Part shown: piece by piece, positions 1 to 11,717 of the stretch
How positions within the stretch are numbered: position 1 is the first letter of the stretch
How the letters are laid out: each line of letters begins with the position of its first letter
NCBI GenBank assembly: GCA_051942245.1
Contig: JAVECL010000139.1
Span: forward strand, 1 to 45,023
DNA: 45,023 bases
Direction of reading: 5' to 3'
DNA from: Trypethelium eluteriae
Lineage: Eukaryota
Made by a program: the position numbers and the translations under genes
Notes under the pieces: generated by a model
Databases searched by the model: none
The model's input: the letters and a program-made list of their open reading frames with translations, nothing else
Told to the model about the DNA's origin: nothing

Positions 1-1516
1 TTGCTGGAAGGAGGGAGGTTGTTCGGTGGGAAGTAGCTTGGGGAGCTGGGCGTGTGGCTGTGGCGGCGGCCGTCGGCGGGGGAGACGTTGGCGCCTGCGG
101 GGGCGCCGGAGGAGGAGCGTCGGTGCGAGCCTAGATGGGAGAAGTACTCGCGAGGGGAGGAAGGGGGATCATGGGAGCGTCGTTGGCGGAGAGGGGGTTT
201 TCCTGTGTTGGGAGACGGGCGGTTAGGATCAGAACGGCGATGGTGGCGCTGGTTAGGAGGTAGGTCGCGAGGGTCTGGAGGTTCAGAGTCGCCATCTGAC
301 GTATCCGAGGAGTCCGAGGGTTCCTCAGAAGAGTGAGGAGGTGTGTGTTGGGAAGGTCGCCGTTGGTAAGATGGCCGTAGCGGTTGTAAGGGAAATTGTC
401 TGTTCTCATTTGGTTTGCGCGGGTTGTGACGAGCTGGTGGTACGCCGCCTTGTGGAGAGATTTCCTCTGTGTCTTCGCGGTCCCCTGAGCTGGAGCGACG
501 GGGATGGTGGTGGGTGTGATTATGCTCATGCTCATGCGATCGTTGACGCGGCGTCCACAGATGAGGACTGAATGTTGCCTGAAATGTCCTGGCGACGGTC
601 TTACCCCCTTCGACGATTCTGGCCCGAGGAGAGTGAGGAGCATGATGAGCAGGGGGAGACCGTGGAGGATCTCGCGAATAGCGACGAATGATGGTCGGGC
701 GTCCGCCGTGACTACGGTATAGAGGATTGGAGAAGTATTTGGCGGCGGCATAGCGCGAATCATCGTCCGTACTGGCATAGGATTCGGTCCTACTGAGGTG
801 ACCCACGGGGCCCGGTCCAGGGCTCAAGCCGTGCCCATAATGAGGCGCGCCTAATTGTGCCCGATCGGACTGCTCGGCATCGACGGCTTCAGCGTCGGCC
901 TGTAAACGTTGAGAGACACTGTCATACCAAGTCAACATGTCCTCATCTGGTGTTGTTGGTAGACATTCCGGTGGTAGAAGTTTGGGAAAGACCTTGCCGT
1001 TGGCGGGATCTGTAATATCGAACTTCTTGACGGCATTTTGTAGAAACGGGACATGCTCCTCTGGTCCGAGAAGAAGCTGGATAGTCTGCCAAGTTACGAA
1101 ACCTTGCGGTTTGAGCGCGGGAATCGAAGGATCTTCATATTTATCAACTCCTTTTGGGGGGTGCAAGGAGTGAACACACCCGAGCGACTTGTAGATGAAG
1201 CTAATAGAGTTGGGGACGGTATCGATGAACAAAACGTCATAATCGCCACCTACAGACTTGTAGAATTCGGCGAGTTGGCTAGGCGTGAGGTCGGGGCAAT
1301 TTTCGTCTGGTTGCACTGTCGCGCTCTGGAGTTGCCACGAACTCTTAGCTTCTTCTCCACGTCGGGGAGGGTGTGAGAGCCATAACATACAATATGATTG
1401 GCAATGCCGCGTAAGAGACGATTTAGCAAGTCGGTCCCACATTTGTCTTGCTTGACCAAGTAGCCCCAGTATTGTTGTGCCTCTTGTGTCTCCTGCTCGG
1501 GGGTCTCAGCGGGCAT
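1..1516 (-). CDS. Conserved fungal protein with N-terminal DUF7514-like domain and Pro/Ser/Arg-rich tail; partial, 3' end beyond the left edge. Exons 1516-1391 and 1325-<1
   Basis: ATG at 1516 (MPAETPEQ...YWGYLVKQDKCGTDLLNRLLRGIANHI). GTATGT...CAG intron 1390-1326 joins in frame to SATVQPDENCPDLTPSQLAEFYKSVGGDYDVLF...PALKPQGFVTWQTIQLLLGPEEHVPFLQ. The ORF track lacks it, consistent with no stop inside the window. Family recalled from motifs. Confidence 0.8.
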
Positions 1517-2049
1517 TGCGGGTGGAAGCAATGTGTTCAGTTGATACTCGGTACACCGCCAAGAGCGGATGATGGAGGAGCGTTGGAAAAGCGAGAGTCA
1601 GACCGTTGCGCGCTGCGGTCAGCAAGCTGGGAAGATGGAATACTTATGTAGCGGGTACATTGGGCAAGTTGCCAAAGCCATTGCGGGCCGGACAGGCAGC
1701 AATTCCAAACTGTTGGTTGAAGACTCCGGGGTTGTTTCAATCTCGGAATCATTGGATGGAGGAGATGCGTGACGTGCATGCATCGACGCCCACTAGCAGT
1801 CCAGCTGTCGCCGCAAGCTCCGCCACCACCACTGATGATCATTATGCACTCACGCATGCGACCACATGTCATTTAAATTCAGAATTGTATCGTGCCATTT
1901 TAATTATGCTACGCTTAATGGTATTTTGGGCTATTTACCCGGATTATCATGCAGAGTCGTTCGGAAGTAGAGGAAATCTATATATCAACAAAGCCCGCAT
2001 CCACGCATCTGTCCCCTGCTCAAGCCTTTCCACCTTCATCGTAAAGCTC

Positions 2050-4365
2050 TTAATGCTCCAGAAGACGCAAGCTTCCCTGCACCACCACGTTCTCCAGAAT
2101 CGATCCAGGAGGAATGTCAATGGTGCTACCCTCGCTGCAAACGATGATGACAGTGCCCCTTAGGGTGACGCCACGACCAATGTTGACAGGTCCAGTGATG
2201 GTAAGATGGTCAAGTTCGACGATGTTTGGAATACTGGGAATGCGTGATTGAAAGCTGGAAACCTTCTTGAAGTCGCTGCCGAGCTTGATGAGAGGAGCAG
2301 GGCCGAAGCGGTTTGGATCGATGACGAGCTGGCCGTGCTTGAGAGTGTAAAGATTGGACTTGACGAGCATCAGGTCGGAGCAAGTCTTGACGGGCAAGAA
2401 GCGGCGACGAGGAACGTTAACGCCGTGTGCGTTGTTGAAATGACGGATAGCAGCTCCCACAGCGGTCTCGAGCTGGATAATAGAGACGTCCGATTCACCC
2501 TTCTTGTCAGCTGGGATGGACTTGCCGTTCGGGATGATCTCCATGGCAAGTTCGTTGTTCTCAACGACGCGCTTGATGGCTCGGAGGTTCATCCAGATGT
2601 TGTTGGTGTTGAAGTACTTGAACTTCTTGATAGACTTGAACTCATTGACGTGTTCCTTGGGGACCTGAGCAATTTCAAGAAGACGAACGGAGCCCTCGTA
2701 GTCGATGATGGTACCACCCTTGACGTCAGCCTTGGTCTTGTCAGTCAACTCCATGATGTACTCGGCCTTGGTCTCGACCATGTGCTGAAGGATACGGAGG
2801 TCGACAACGGCGCCCAGGTTGTCGGCGTTGGAGAGAAAGATGATCTCAACACCACGCTCGAGGAGCTGATCGAGAATACCAGAGTTATAGAGCGACTCAA
2901 AGACGTCACCGTGGCCAGGAGGATACCAGTCAGAAATCTGAGACTGAGCATTCTTCGGGGCTGGGAGGAGAGAGTCTTTGAGAACACGAGGGTACTTGGA
3001 TTGATTGAAGGTCATGATGTCGATGTTGTGACCCTCATATTTCTTAATGATGTTGGCAGTGTCGGCGTCAGTGTTGAAGGAGTTCATGAGGACAAAGGGA
3101 ACGTTGACATTGTAAGTGCGGTTGAGGTACTCGATCTGGCGGACTGAGAGATCGAGGAAGGACATGCCGTCACGAACTTCAATGACAGACTTGGGCCCGA
3201 CGCAACCCATGGAGGTACCGAGACCACCGTTGAGCTTCACCACGGCGAGCTTGCCGAGGAATTCGACAGCTTCGGAGTTGGCGAGATCATCGTACTCCAC
3301 GACTTGCTCCGGTTTGGGTGGAGCAATCCGCGACCATTCAATGGCGTTGCCCTTAGCTTTGTCATTGAGATAGCGGCGGAAGAGAGAGAAGAAGTTGTCC
3401 ATCTCAGTCTCGAAACGCTAGAGGCCAATCAGCGATGTTCAGTATCATTTTAGTGTGGAGTTTCTTACCTCCTTGTCGTTTGGATCTGTGACCGTGTCGG
3501 CGAGCTGATTCAACGCATTGCGCATCTGAGATGCAGCAACGGAGGTAGAGGTGTTCTCGAATTGCTATTTTCATATTTGGTCAGTAAACGCTCCATTTTA
3601 GATATGTAATCAACTAGCAGTCTCAGCCATGAGCGGGAAACGGAAAATAGAAGCTGGTTCAGAATGTCTGTTGTAGGTTGGTGGAGTTCCAAGGTGTGAC
3701 CGGGAAGTTTGTTTTTTTAGAAAGTAAGGCCACTCCGGTATGCAGGGACCACGGTTAATCAGAGCACGTGAAAGTGCTACGTCAGAGTACAAAGTAAACT
3801 TTCACTCTTGTAAAATCGTTAGTAGAGGCGCCTGTAACTTGTTGTACCGGCGAACGCTGCTGAAGCTTGTAATATTTTGATCCAAAGATGCCAGAGCAGA
3901 CAGAGGGTTCTGCCGCTACTGTCATCCTGATTCAATAAGGCCAAGGCTGATAGCTGTCAAGGAGAAGCTATCGACAAGCGAGCTAGAGAGAGATACGTCC
4001 TCCAGATCGCAGGACCTAATGTTCAACCCCACCAGGAGTCGAATAGGGTAGCGAAGTAGAGGGATACACAGTGTGATCATTGTGGCCGGATTGTGGAATA
4101 AGGAAAGAGGCGCCTAGGTCTCCACAGCCGGAGGCAGGACCTCAAGATCACGCCGGGCAAGAGCTGGTCCACAGTGGTCCAATGATTTGAGTATATAGGC
4201 CTTGTGTTTCCGTTCTCCAAATTGCAAAGAGCAGGAATTGAGGAAAGCACTTACCACCGCACTTTGGGTCTTGCCGTGATGCTTCTGCTGAAAGTCTCCT
4301 TCGCCATTCATACCAGCTGCGCTCTTGAGGTGGGAGGGGAGAGCGTCTTTGATTTTGGTGGCCAT
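2050..4365 (-). CDS. UGP1: UTP-glucose-1-phosphate uridylyltransferase, 524 aa. Exons 4365-4255, 3564-3469, 3417-2050
   Basis: [34 protein letters not shown] and RRRFLPVK motifs. Exon 2 reads [31 protein letters not shown] donors and TAG acceptors all join in frame. Confidence 0.97.
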
Positions 4366-5764
4366 TTTGAGCGAATTGAAGATTGTATGTATGGGGCACG
4401 TATGAGGAAGTCTCGAGAGATCTGGAAGATCAAAGCTGGAGGAAATCAGTAAGTGAAAGAAAGATGGCGAAGGGCACGAAGATGTGTCCTGCTGCCAGGA
4501 GCTGGAGGAGGACAAGGCCAGGGTAGCAACTCACCAAAGTGGGGTTGGTGCGGGATATCAGACGTCCGATTGGTCAGACTCGAGCACTCCAACCAAGAAA
4601 ACGTGGAGGACGCAGAGTCAATATGGAATCGGTGACGGCAACAGAGATAAGGGAGAAGGTGGATAGCAGGAATGAGCAGAATTAAGAGGCGGTCTGGGAG
4701 GCACGATGCGGACAGCAGCACCCAGGCTTTTATCACTCTGGCCGACGAGAAAAATAATTGACCTCCACCTCGTCCTAGCGGCGGGTGGCGTTGGGAGGAC
4801 GACGTGCTGGGGCCCTGGCCCAGGTGAATCCCACTGTCCCTGGCGCGAGCCCCAGCAAAAAGCGGGCCGCGAGTCAACCCTTTTCATCCCGAAGAGCAAA
4901 AGCCTGCAGATATGGTTTTGCCTAGGTGGAGTGACCGCTTGTTTTTCATAGTCAATCTTTGCCGCCGCCATTTCCCTAGTCCATTCATCGTGGCCCAGTT
5001 CACGACCGGTTCGGATGATCGCCGAGTATCAATCCGCAAGCCTCGTTACTATCCCGACACTCATTGCACATGTCTTCACCGATTCGAGCTCGGGGAGGTC
5101 GGGAGCCTGCCTACTTCCTGCTCCTATCGACCACTAGAGTGGAGCTCCCATAATCTCAAAAGATCTCGGGTGGCGTTTACAAGGCTACATATCTGGCTCG
5201 ATTAGGACTGATTCTTGACGAATCCGACACCTCGAGGTCGACCCCCACCCAGTTTACACTTGCAGCGGCGTTTTTGATCGGCGCTGTTCAAGATTTCTAG
5301 AACATCCATATGGCCCATATTCTTGACATTGCCCCTTGTCGGTGTAGCGAACGTGGCTCGAACATCTGCAGGTACCCTTAGGATGCTATCAAATGTGTTT
5401 CACTAGATAGTTGTACGCGTCATGCCTATTTAATTCTGATCTGCAATAAGGGGGCCTTCAATCATAGCAGATGGGAAAGCTAGGGCAGTGCCTGGATATT
5501 CAACGCAGTCACCTGGTTCACCGTCAACGCCAAACGATAACGAACCCCTGTATAGGGTTATCCCGAAATTCACATCAATTTACCGAATTGCTTGATTCTA
5601 TCTTGAGCACCTCATGCTGCATCTGCCCACGTGGCGGACCTACCGCCTTTGGAAGGCCAATATCCCTTGCGCCACTGTCAGCAGCATTTTGGCTGTTCCC
5701 TCCTGGGCTCTATCTGCGACCGGAATAGACGACGCCAATGTCAGTGCTCAAGCGTTGCGAGAGT

Positions 5765-6609
5765 CTACCGTCGCCTGTAAATTTCCACTGAAGGGGCCTC
5801 TGCGAAAGGAATGGCAAGCGGCTTGGCTATCTTTACACTAATCCCGACTTGCATTTCCTTCTCAGCCACAAATAGATTATCTAGAACTCGATCCGCCACT
5901 GCTGTCGAAAGAGATTCTAGAGTCTCAAACGACGATTGTTCAATTGCCTATTGCAGTGAATTTCAATTTCATCAATATCAAGACGAGAGGGACGCACCTC
6001 GATGATGCATTTCTCAGCACTACGCACGTGCAACGGAATTTGGATTTCCTCTTTGGGATCATCAAGCCAGACATTTGCTATGACGGGCTGTTTCAACACC
6101 CTTTCGTGGGCATTTACTCCAAGAAGCGCAGAAGTACGGACATTCTTGAAATAGATGACTAGCGAGTCAAACCCTTCGCGGAGCATTGATTTTCTAAAGC
6201 CAATGCCATCTCCGATCATGCAGGCTTTAGGAAGAAAAATGTCTGTCTCAATTGCTTGAACAACCTCGGAAGGGATCATATCCCCAATCAACTTCCACAT
6301 TTGTTGGATGGCCAGAAGGTCATCAGTTCCAGCCTTACTCTCAATTGCCTCTCGAATCTTTTTACTTAGAGTGCCATAATGAATTGTACTATGATCCAGC
6401 GTGTCCTTTGTCGCAGCCGACTGGAATTGCTGGCCCAGAGATAAGGTGACAGAGATGAGCGCAGGTTGAGCCTTGTGCCGTCCAAACGAGTCCGGGAACA
6501 CGTCTGTGGATATCTGCAGATTTTCGATGCAGATTTTGTCTGCGCATAAGGGCTTTCGGCGCTGCCATTCCAACCATGGAAGTGCCGACCTCTCGTCTTG
6601 ATTTCCCAT
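5765..6609 (-). CDS. Dihydroneopterin aldolase (FolB-like), two tandem DHNA domains, 264 aa. Exons 6609-5998, 5947-5765
   Basis: DKICIENL, QPALISVTL, DTLDHSTIHYGTLSK and LLGVNAHERVLKQPVIANV motifs. A 50-nt GTGCGT...TAG intron adds SSFETLESL...KPLAIPFAEAPSVEIYR. Confidence 0.88.
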
Positions 6610-6905
6610 GGTCAGCTGTTCAAGAGAGCCGACGCAGACAATGGTCGATGATGGATACGAATGGTAGTGAACCTTGGTACCAAAAAATGCCTAGAGGGAA
6701 CGAAGGTAGAGAGAGACTTTCAATGCAGTATGCTATGTTAAGCCTCTGTCCCTTTCGTGAAATGAATTGCTACTGGATGGGCCAAATGTCTGAGCACGAA
6801 TGCAAATGTACCGATAGCAATCATCCAGTCCCAAGTGATCCAGTGACCGTGGAGCTCGAGGACCCTGCGTCGATCATGGCCCGGGCGGCAGTGACGATGG
6901 TGGAT

Positions 6906-6920
6906 GGAAAGCTCGAGAAC
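6906..6920. promoter_or_regulatory. Imperfect heat-shock element (gGAAagCTCgaGAAc) upstream of STI1
   Basis: nGAAnnTTCnnGAAn pattern with one mismatch, about 130 nt upstream of the STI1 ATG. STI1 is an established Hsf1 target in yeast. Confidence 0.45.
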
Positions 6921-7046
6921 CTCAAGGCCTCGAGCCTCATATGCTTGTGATTGCCTAGCATTAGCATTGTCCAGTTTTTTCATATATTCCGAAACGCTAG
7001 CTGGAACTTCTGTTCTTCTTCTCCGATTCTGACAATTATTACAAGA

Positions 7047-8973
7047 ATGGCAGACGCCCTGAAAGCCGAGGGCAACAAGCTCTTTGCGGAGAAGAAATTC
7101 GACGAAGCTATGTAAGTTTGCATCGCAACGCCCCATGTTCACCTAATTTTCGCCTTTACTGAGTTGAATGCAGCGCCAAATTCTCCCAGGCTATCGAGCT
7201 TGACCCAAACAATCACGTCTTATACTCGAATAGATCAGGAGCGTACTCTTCGCTCAAAGACTGGGATCACGCCCTAGAAGATGCAACCAAGACTACAGAG
7301 CTTAAGACAGACTGGGGAAAAGGCTGGGGTAGGAAGGGCGCTGCTCTTCATGGCAAGGGTGACTTAGGTAAATATGGCCACGTTCAGACATTTTTGGATA
7401 CTAATCTTCGACTACAGTTGGAGCTGTTGATGCATTCGAAGAAGCCTTGAAGCTAGACCCTGCCAACGCGCAAGCAAAATCTGGACTTGATGCTGTCAAG
7501 CGGGCTATTGATGTCGAAGCTCGAGCAGACGGATTGGGAAGTGATCCCTCTGGTGGGTTGGGCTCCATGTTCAACGACCCACAGCTGTTTCAAAAGCTGG
7601 CCAGTAATCCTAAGACGAGCTCGTTGCTTGCCGATCAAGACTTCATGCAAAAACTACAGCGCATTAAGCAGAATCCGAATAGCGTTGGACAAGAAATGGG
7701 CGACCCTCGCTTCCTCCAAGTCATGAGCGTCTTGTTGGGCATTGATATGCAGTTTGGCGGCCCGCCAGAAGCGAGCTCCAATAACACACAGGCAGGCGCT
7801 GCTGAGAAGGAGGAGGACGTGCCGATGCCAGATGTCAGCCCCAACCTGCAGCCAAAAAAAGAGCCTGAGCCTGAGCCCGAGCCCGAGCCCGAACCAGAAG
7901 ATGAAGAAGCAATCGCCAATAAAAAGGCCAAGGAGGAGGCTGACAAGGAAAAGCAGTTGGGTACCGAGAACTACAAGAAGAGACAATTCGATGAGGCGAT
8001 TGCACATTACACCAAGGCCTGGGAGACTCACAAAGATATCACATATCTCACCAATCGCAGTGCTGCAAAATTTGAAAAGGGCGACTACCAAGGAGCCATT
8101 GATGATTGTAACGAGGCTGTGACTCACGGACGCGAAGTGCTTGCTGACTTTAAGCTCATCGCCAAGGCATTCGGTCGTATTGGCAGTTGTTATGAAAAGC
8201 TGAATGACTTTCCCAACGCCATCGAGTATTACCAGCGATCTCTTACGGAGCACCGTACGCCTGATATCCTCACGAAATTGCGCGCCGTCGAAAAAGCAAA
8301 GATCGAGACGGACAGGAACGCATACATCGACCCACAGAAGGCTGAAGAAGCGCGCGAACTGGGGAGTCAGAAGTTTAAGGACGCTGACTGGCCCGCCGCT
8401 GTAGATGCCTACTCGGAGATGATCAAACGTGCGCCTGATGACCCTCGAGGCTACTCCAACAGAGCAGCTTGCTTCATCAAGTTGATGGGTTTCCCAAGCG
8501 CATTGCAAGACTGTGACGAGGCTATCAAGCGAGATCCAAAGTTCATTCGTGCATACCTACGCAAAGCACAGGCTCTTTTTGCGATGAGAGAATACAGCAG
8601 GTGTGTCGATGTCTGCACAGAAGCGTCTGAGCACGATGAGGGCGGAAAGAATGCAAAGGAGATTGATTCGCAGAGCCAAAAAGCTATGTATGCACAGTAT
8701 AGCGCCCAAGCTGGAGAATCAGAGGAGCAGACCATGGAGAGAATACAGAGAGACCCAGAGGTAGGATAGCATTCAATCTGAGGCAAGCAAGCAGCCCTCA
8801 CTGACATTTATCAACAGATTATGGGCATTCTGCAAGATCCTGTCATGCAGAGCATTCTGCAACAGGCAAAGGGTGACCCTGCCGCACTCAACGATCATAT
8901 GAAGAACCCGCAGATCCGCCAGAAGGTGCAGAAGCTTGTTGCTGCGGGTGTTATCAAGGTTGGAGGGCGTTAA
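7047..8973 (+). CDS. STI1: Hsp70/Hsp90 co-chaperone Sti1/Hop, 585 aa. Exons 7047-7111, 7174-7367, 7418-8760, 8818-8973
   Basis: [11 protein letters not shown] start, TPR1 (LYSNRSGAY), DP1, TPR2A/2B (YSNRAAC) and DP2 ([13 protein letters not shown]...QKLVAAGVI). Three canonical introns, all in frame. Confidence 0.97.
7861..7896 (+). repeat. Coding hexamer repeat (GARCCN)x6 encoding the EPEPEP linker of Sti1
   Basis: gagcct gagcct gagccc gagccc gagccc gaacca read directly. Confidence 0.85.
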
Positions 8974-9684
8974 GGATGAAGGGCAAAGTGTTAAAACATT
9001 ACACAGAAATGTAATGAGACTTTTATTGATAGCATAGCGGGTCAGCGACAAATCTATTCAAACAGATGTGACTAATTTCTATCTTCCGGAGAACCTTGCT
9101 AGGGTGTTCTGACTGATCTTGCTGAATGAGCTCTGATGCCTCGAGAGTTAGAGACTCGAACTTCCTGCTGAATGGAGTTGCTTGCCTTGTCTGACACGCG
9201 TGCGAACCTTAATTGGTCTCACGTCTGAAAGTTTAGTAGATCAGGTATGTTGGAAATTTCTGAAAACGGTCATTTGACGAAGGGGATTGTTCAATGACTC
9301 CACTGGATTATAATTGTGACAGAGTCTACGAGGTTCGATCCATTTGGTTTCATCCCATCCCTAAAGACTTAGTAAGTATTCTTGAGACTCGCTGGCTCGT
9401 TGGGCTATGTTATTGGTAATATGGAACGTAGATTTCTTGATACCTTGGTGGTAGCTCATGTACGGTCCAGTGGACATGTAGATCGGGTATCGTAGATAGC
9501 TGCTCCGTAGGAGTTAGGTAGGCAGTCACAAGCCAAGCACATGTGATGCATTCCGCCCCTAGCATCTGACCTTGCTCGCCAAGCTTCGTATCCTGACCAC
9601 TTTTCGACATTCAACATGCGAGGAAACAACTTCAAAACAGAAAGCAGACCTTGATAGCGAGACATCGGCTCTTGCGTTATCAGA

Positions 9685-11328
9685 ATGTCCCGCAATCAGG
9701 AACCTCTTCTTTCCAACCGACCCTCTTCTGAGCAATCCAACGACAACGATCTCGCGGAGGAAGACGCCCTCTTGACCGGCGAACGCGTACAAAGACCGTC
9801 AGGAAATGACAAGATAAAATGGCGAGAATGGATATTGTTTGGCTGGGCGTTTGCAGCAACCGCTGTCGTCATTGTCCTTGCAGTCTTATATCAAAATCAA
9901 AAGACGACTCAATCACATAGCTCGTCCACTCCTAGTGGTAAACGCAATCTCATATTCATGGTGTCCGACGGCATGGGGCCAACGAGCCTGTCAATGACGC
10001 GGAGCTTCCGTCAGCAGCAGTATGGACTGCCATATGGTGATATCTTGGTTTTGGATGATCATTTGATCGGGCAGTCGCGTACGCGATCTTCATCGAGTCT
10101 GGTCACGGACTCGGCAGCGGGAGCGACAGCGTTTTCATGCGGAAAGAAGAGCTACAATGGTGCCATTTCTATACTTCCGGACTTCACGCCATGTGGAACA
10201 GTCCTCGAAGCAGCCAAGAAAGAAGGGTACATGACTGGCCTTGTTGTAACCACTCGCATCACCGATGCAACGCCAGCTTGCTTCGCCTCTCACGTTAATC
10301 TTCGCCAGGAAGAAGACCTTATCGCCGACCAACTCATTGGCAACCATCCATTGGGCCATACCGTGGACCTCATCTTGGGAGGTGGGCGATGCCGCTTCCT
10401 GCCCAACACAACCAGCGCCTCCTGCCGCGAGGATAGCAAAGACCTTGTTGAAGAGGCAAAGCAGAAAGGCTACACATACATTGACAACCGCAAAGATTTT
10501 GACAGTTTGCAGACTGGCAACGGGCTCAAACTACCATTCCTCGGATTATTTGCGGATGAGGATATTCCCTATGAAATTGACCGTCGATTCGAAGACGATA
10601 CCTATCCAGCCCTTCGAGAAATGGCTGAGACTGCACTGAAGGCGTTGAGTGCTGCAACCAAGAACAGTGACAAAGGCTTCTTCCTGATGATCGAAGGGTC
10701 CCGTATCGATCACGCAGGCCACGGCAACGATCCAGCTGCTCAAGTTCACGAAGTCCTCTCCTATGATCACGCTTTCCAATCGGTTCTCAGCTTCATTGAA
10801 AAAGAGCAAACACCAAGCCTATTGGTAGGCACTAGCGACCACGAAACGGGTGGATTATCTGCAGCTCGACAGCTACACGAGACGTATCCTGAGTACCTTT
10901 GGTACCCAGAAGTGCTAGCTAACGCGTCTCATTCCGCGCATTGGCTCGCACATGCGTACCGCGATCACCTGGCCGCTTCCACGTCTCGAGGCGATGGCGA
11001 CAAGAAAAAATTAAAGCATTATCTCCGGAAACTACTCAAGGAACACATGGGCGTGCACGACGCCTCCTCAACCGAACTCTCCACCCTCATCGCCCAGCCT
11101 GAAATAGCGTCTTATGTCTTTGCTGATATCATCTCTCGCCGTGCGCAAATTGGCTGGAGTACTCATGGCCATTCCGCGGCGGATGTTAACATCTATGCCA
11201 GCGACTCAGTATCCGCCAAGCCATTGGTGGGGAACCATGAGAATACGGAGGTTGGCAAATTTCTGAGGGACTGGCTTGATGTGGACGTTGACGCCGTAAC
11301 GAAGGAGTTGCGGCGGAAGTCACGATAG
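9685..11328 (+). CDS. PHO8: Vacuolar alkaline phosphatase, type II membrane protein, 547 aa
   Basis: N-terminal TM helix, then NLIFMVSDGMG, catalytic TDSAAGAT, ATPA, EGSRIDHAGH, SDHETGG and WSTHGHSAADV. Confidence 0.95.
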   Translation: MSRNQEPLLSNRPSSEQSNDNDLAEEDALLTGERVQRPSGNDKIKWREWILFGWAFAATAVVIVLAVLYQNQKTTQSHSSSTPSGKRNLIFMVSDGMGPTSLSMTRSFRQQQYGLPYGDILVLDDHLIGQSRTRSSSSLVTDSAAGATAFSCGKKSYNGAISILPDFTPCGTVLEAAKKEGYMTGLVVTTRITDATPACFASHVNLRQEEDLIADQLIGNHPLGHTVDLILGGGRCRFLPNTTSASCREDSKDLVEEAKQKGYTYIDNRKDFDSLQTGNGLKLPFLGLFADEDIPYEIDRRFEDDTYPALREMAETALKALSAATKNSDKGFFLMIEGSRIDHAGHGNDPAAQVHEVLSYDHAFQSVLSFIEKEQTPSLLVGTSDHETGGLSAARQLHETYPEYLWYPEVLANASHSAHWLAHAYRDHLAASTSRGDGDKKKLKHYLRKLLKEHMGVHDASSTELSTLIAQPEIASYVFADIISRRAQIGWSTHGHSAADVNIYASDSVSAKPLVGNHENTEVGKFLRDWLDVDVDAVTKELRRKSR

Positions 11329-11717
11329 GACCTGGGTTGCAAGGCAAGGAGATGAAGATCCTAAGATGACATTCTTTCATGAATTCAAAGCTTTATGAAT
11401 TCGATCAAAGTAGCGAAATATTAGCTACGAAGAAGTCAGGCTTCAACATTAATCAGTCCCTCAGACCGTATGAACCTCAGTATCTGTGGCAGCAATCTGC
11501 CTGAAGCCGAAGCATCTCAGGAGCTGGCACTTGTTCCTATTCACCATGGATTTGTGCATCTCTTCACGGACCTTCGTCAAACTTCTTATCCTACTTATAC
11601 TCCTCTCAGGCGTTCCCATACTCTGCTTCCGGTGTCCCGTTTCTATGGTCGTGCTAGATAAAGTCATCGCTGCCATCGTACAGTCCAACATCTAGCTCCT
11701 TAATTCTGTTAAGTCAT

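Noticed and set aside
131..778. 215-aa minus-strand ORF
   Set aside because: Alternative frame within the DUF7514-like gene, whose true frame runs off the window edge.
2248..3147. 299-aa antisense ORF over UGP1 (similarly 7654-8508 over STI1 and 24503-25306 over the kinase)
   Set aside because: Shadow ORFs expected from biased codon usage in the sense gene; no recognisable protein features.
9245..9480. Possible 5' UTR introns of PHO8 (GTATGT at 9245, GTAAGT at 9372)
   Set aside because: Acceptors and branch points are ambiguous; cannot be supported without transcripts.
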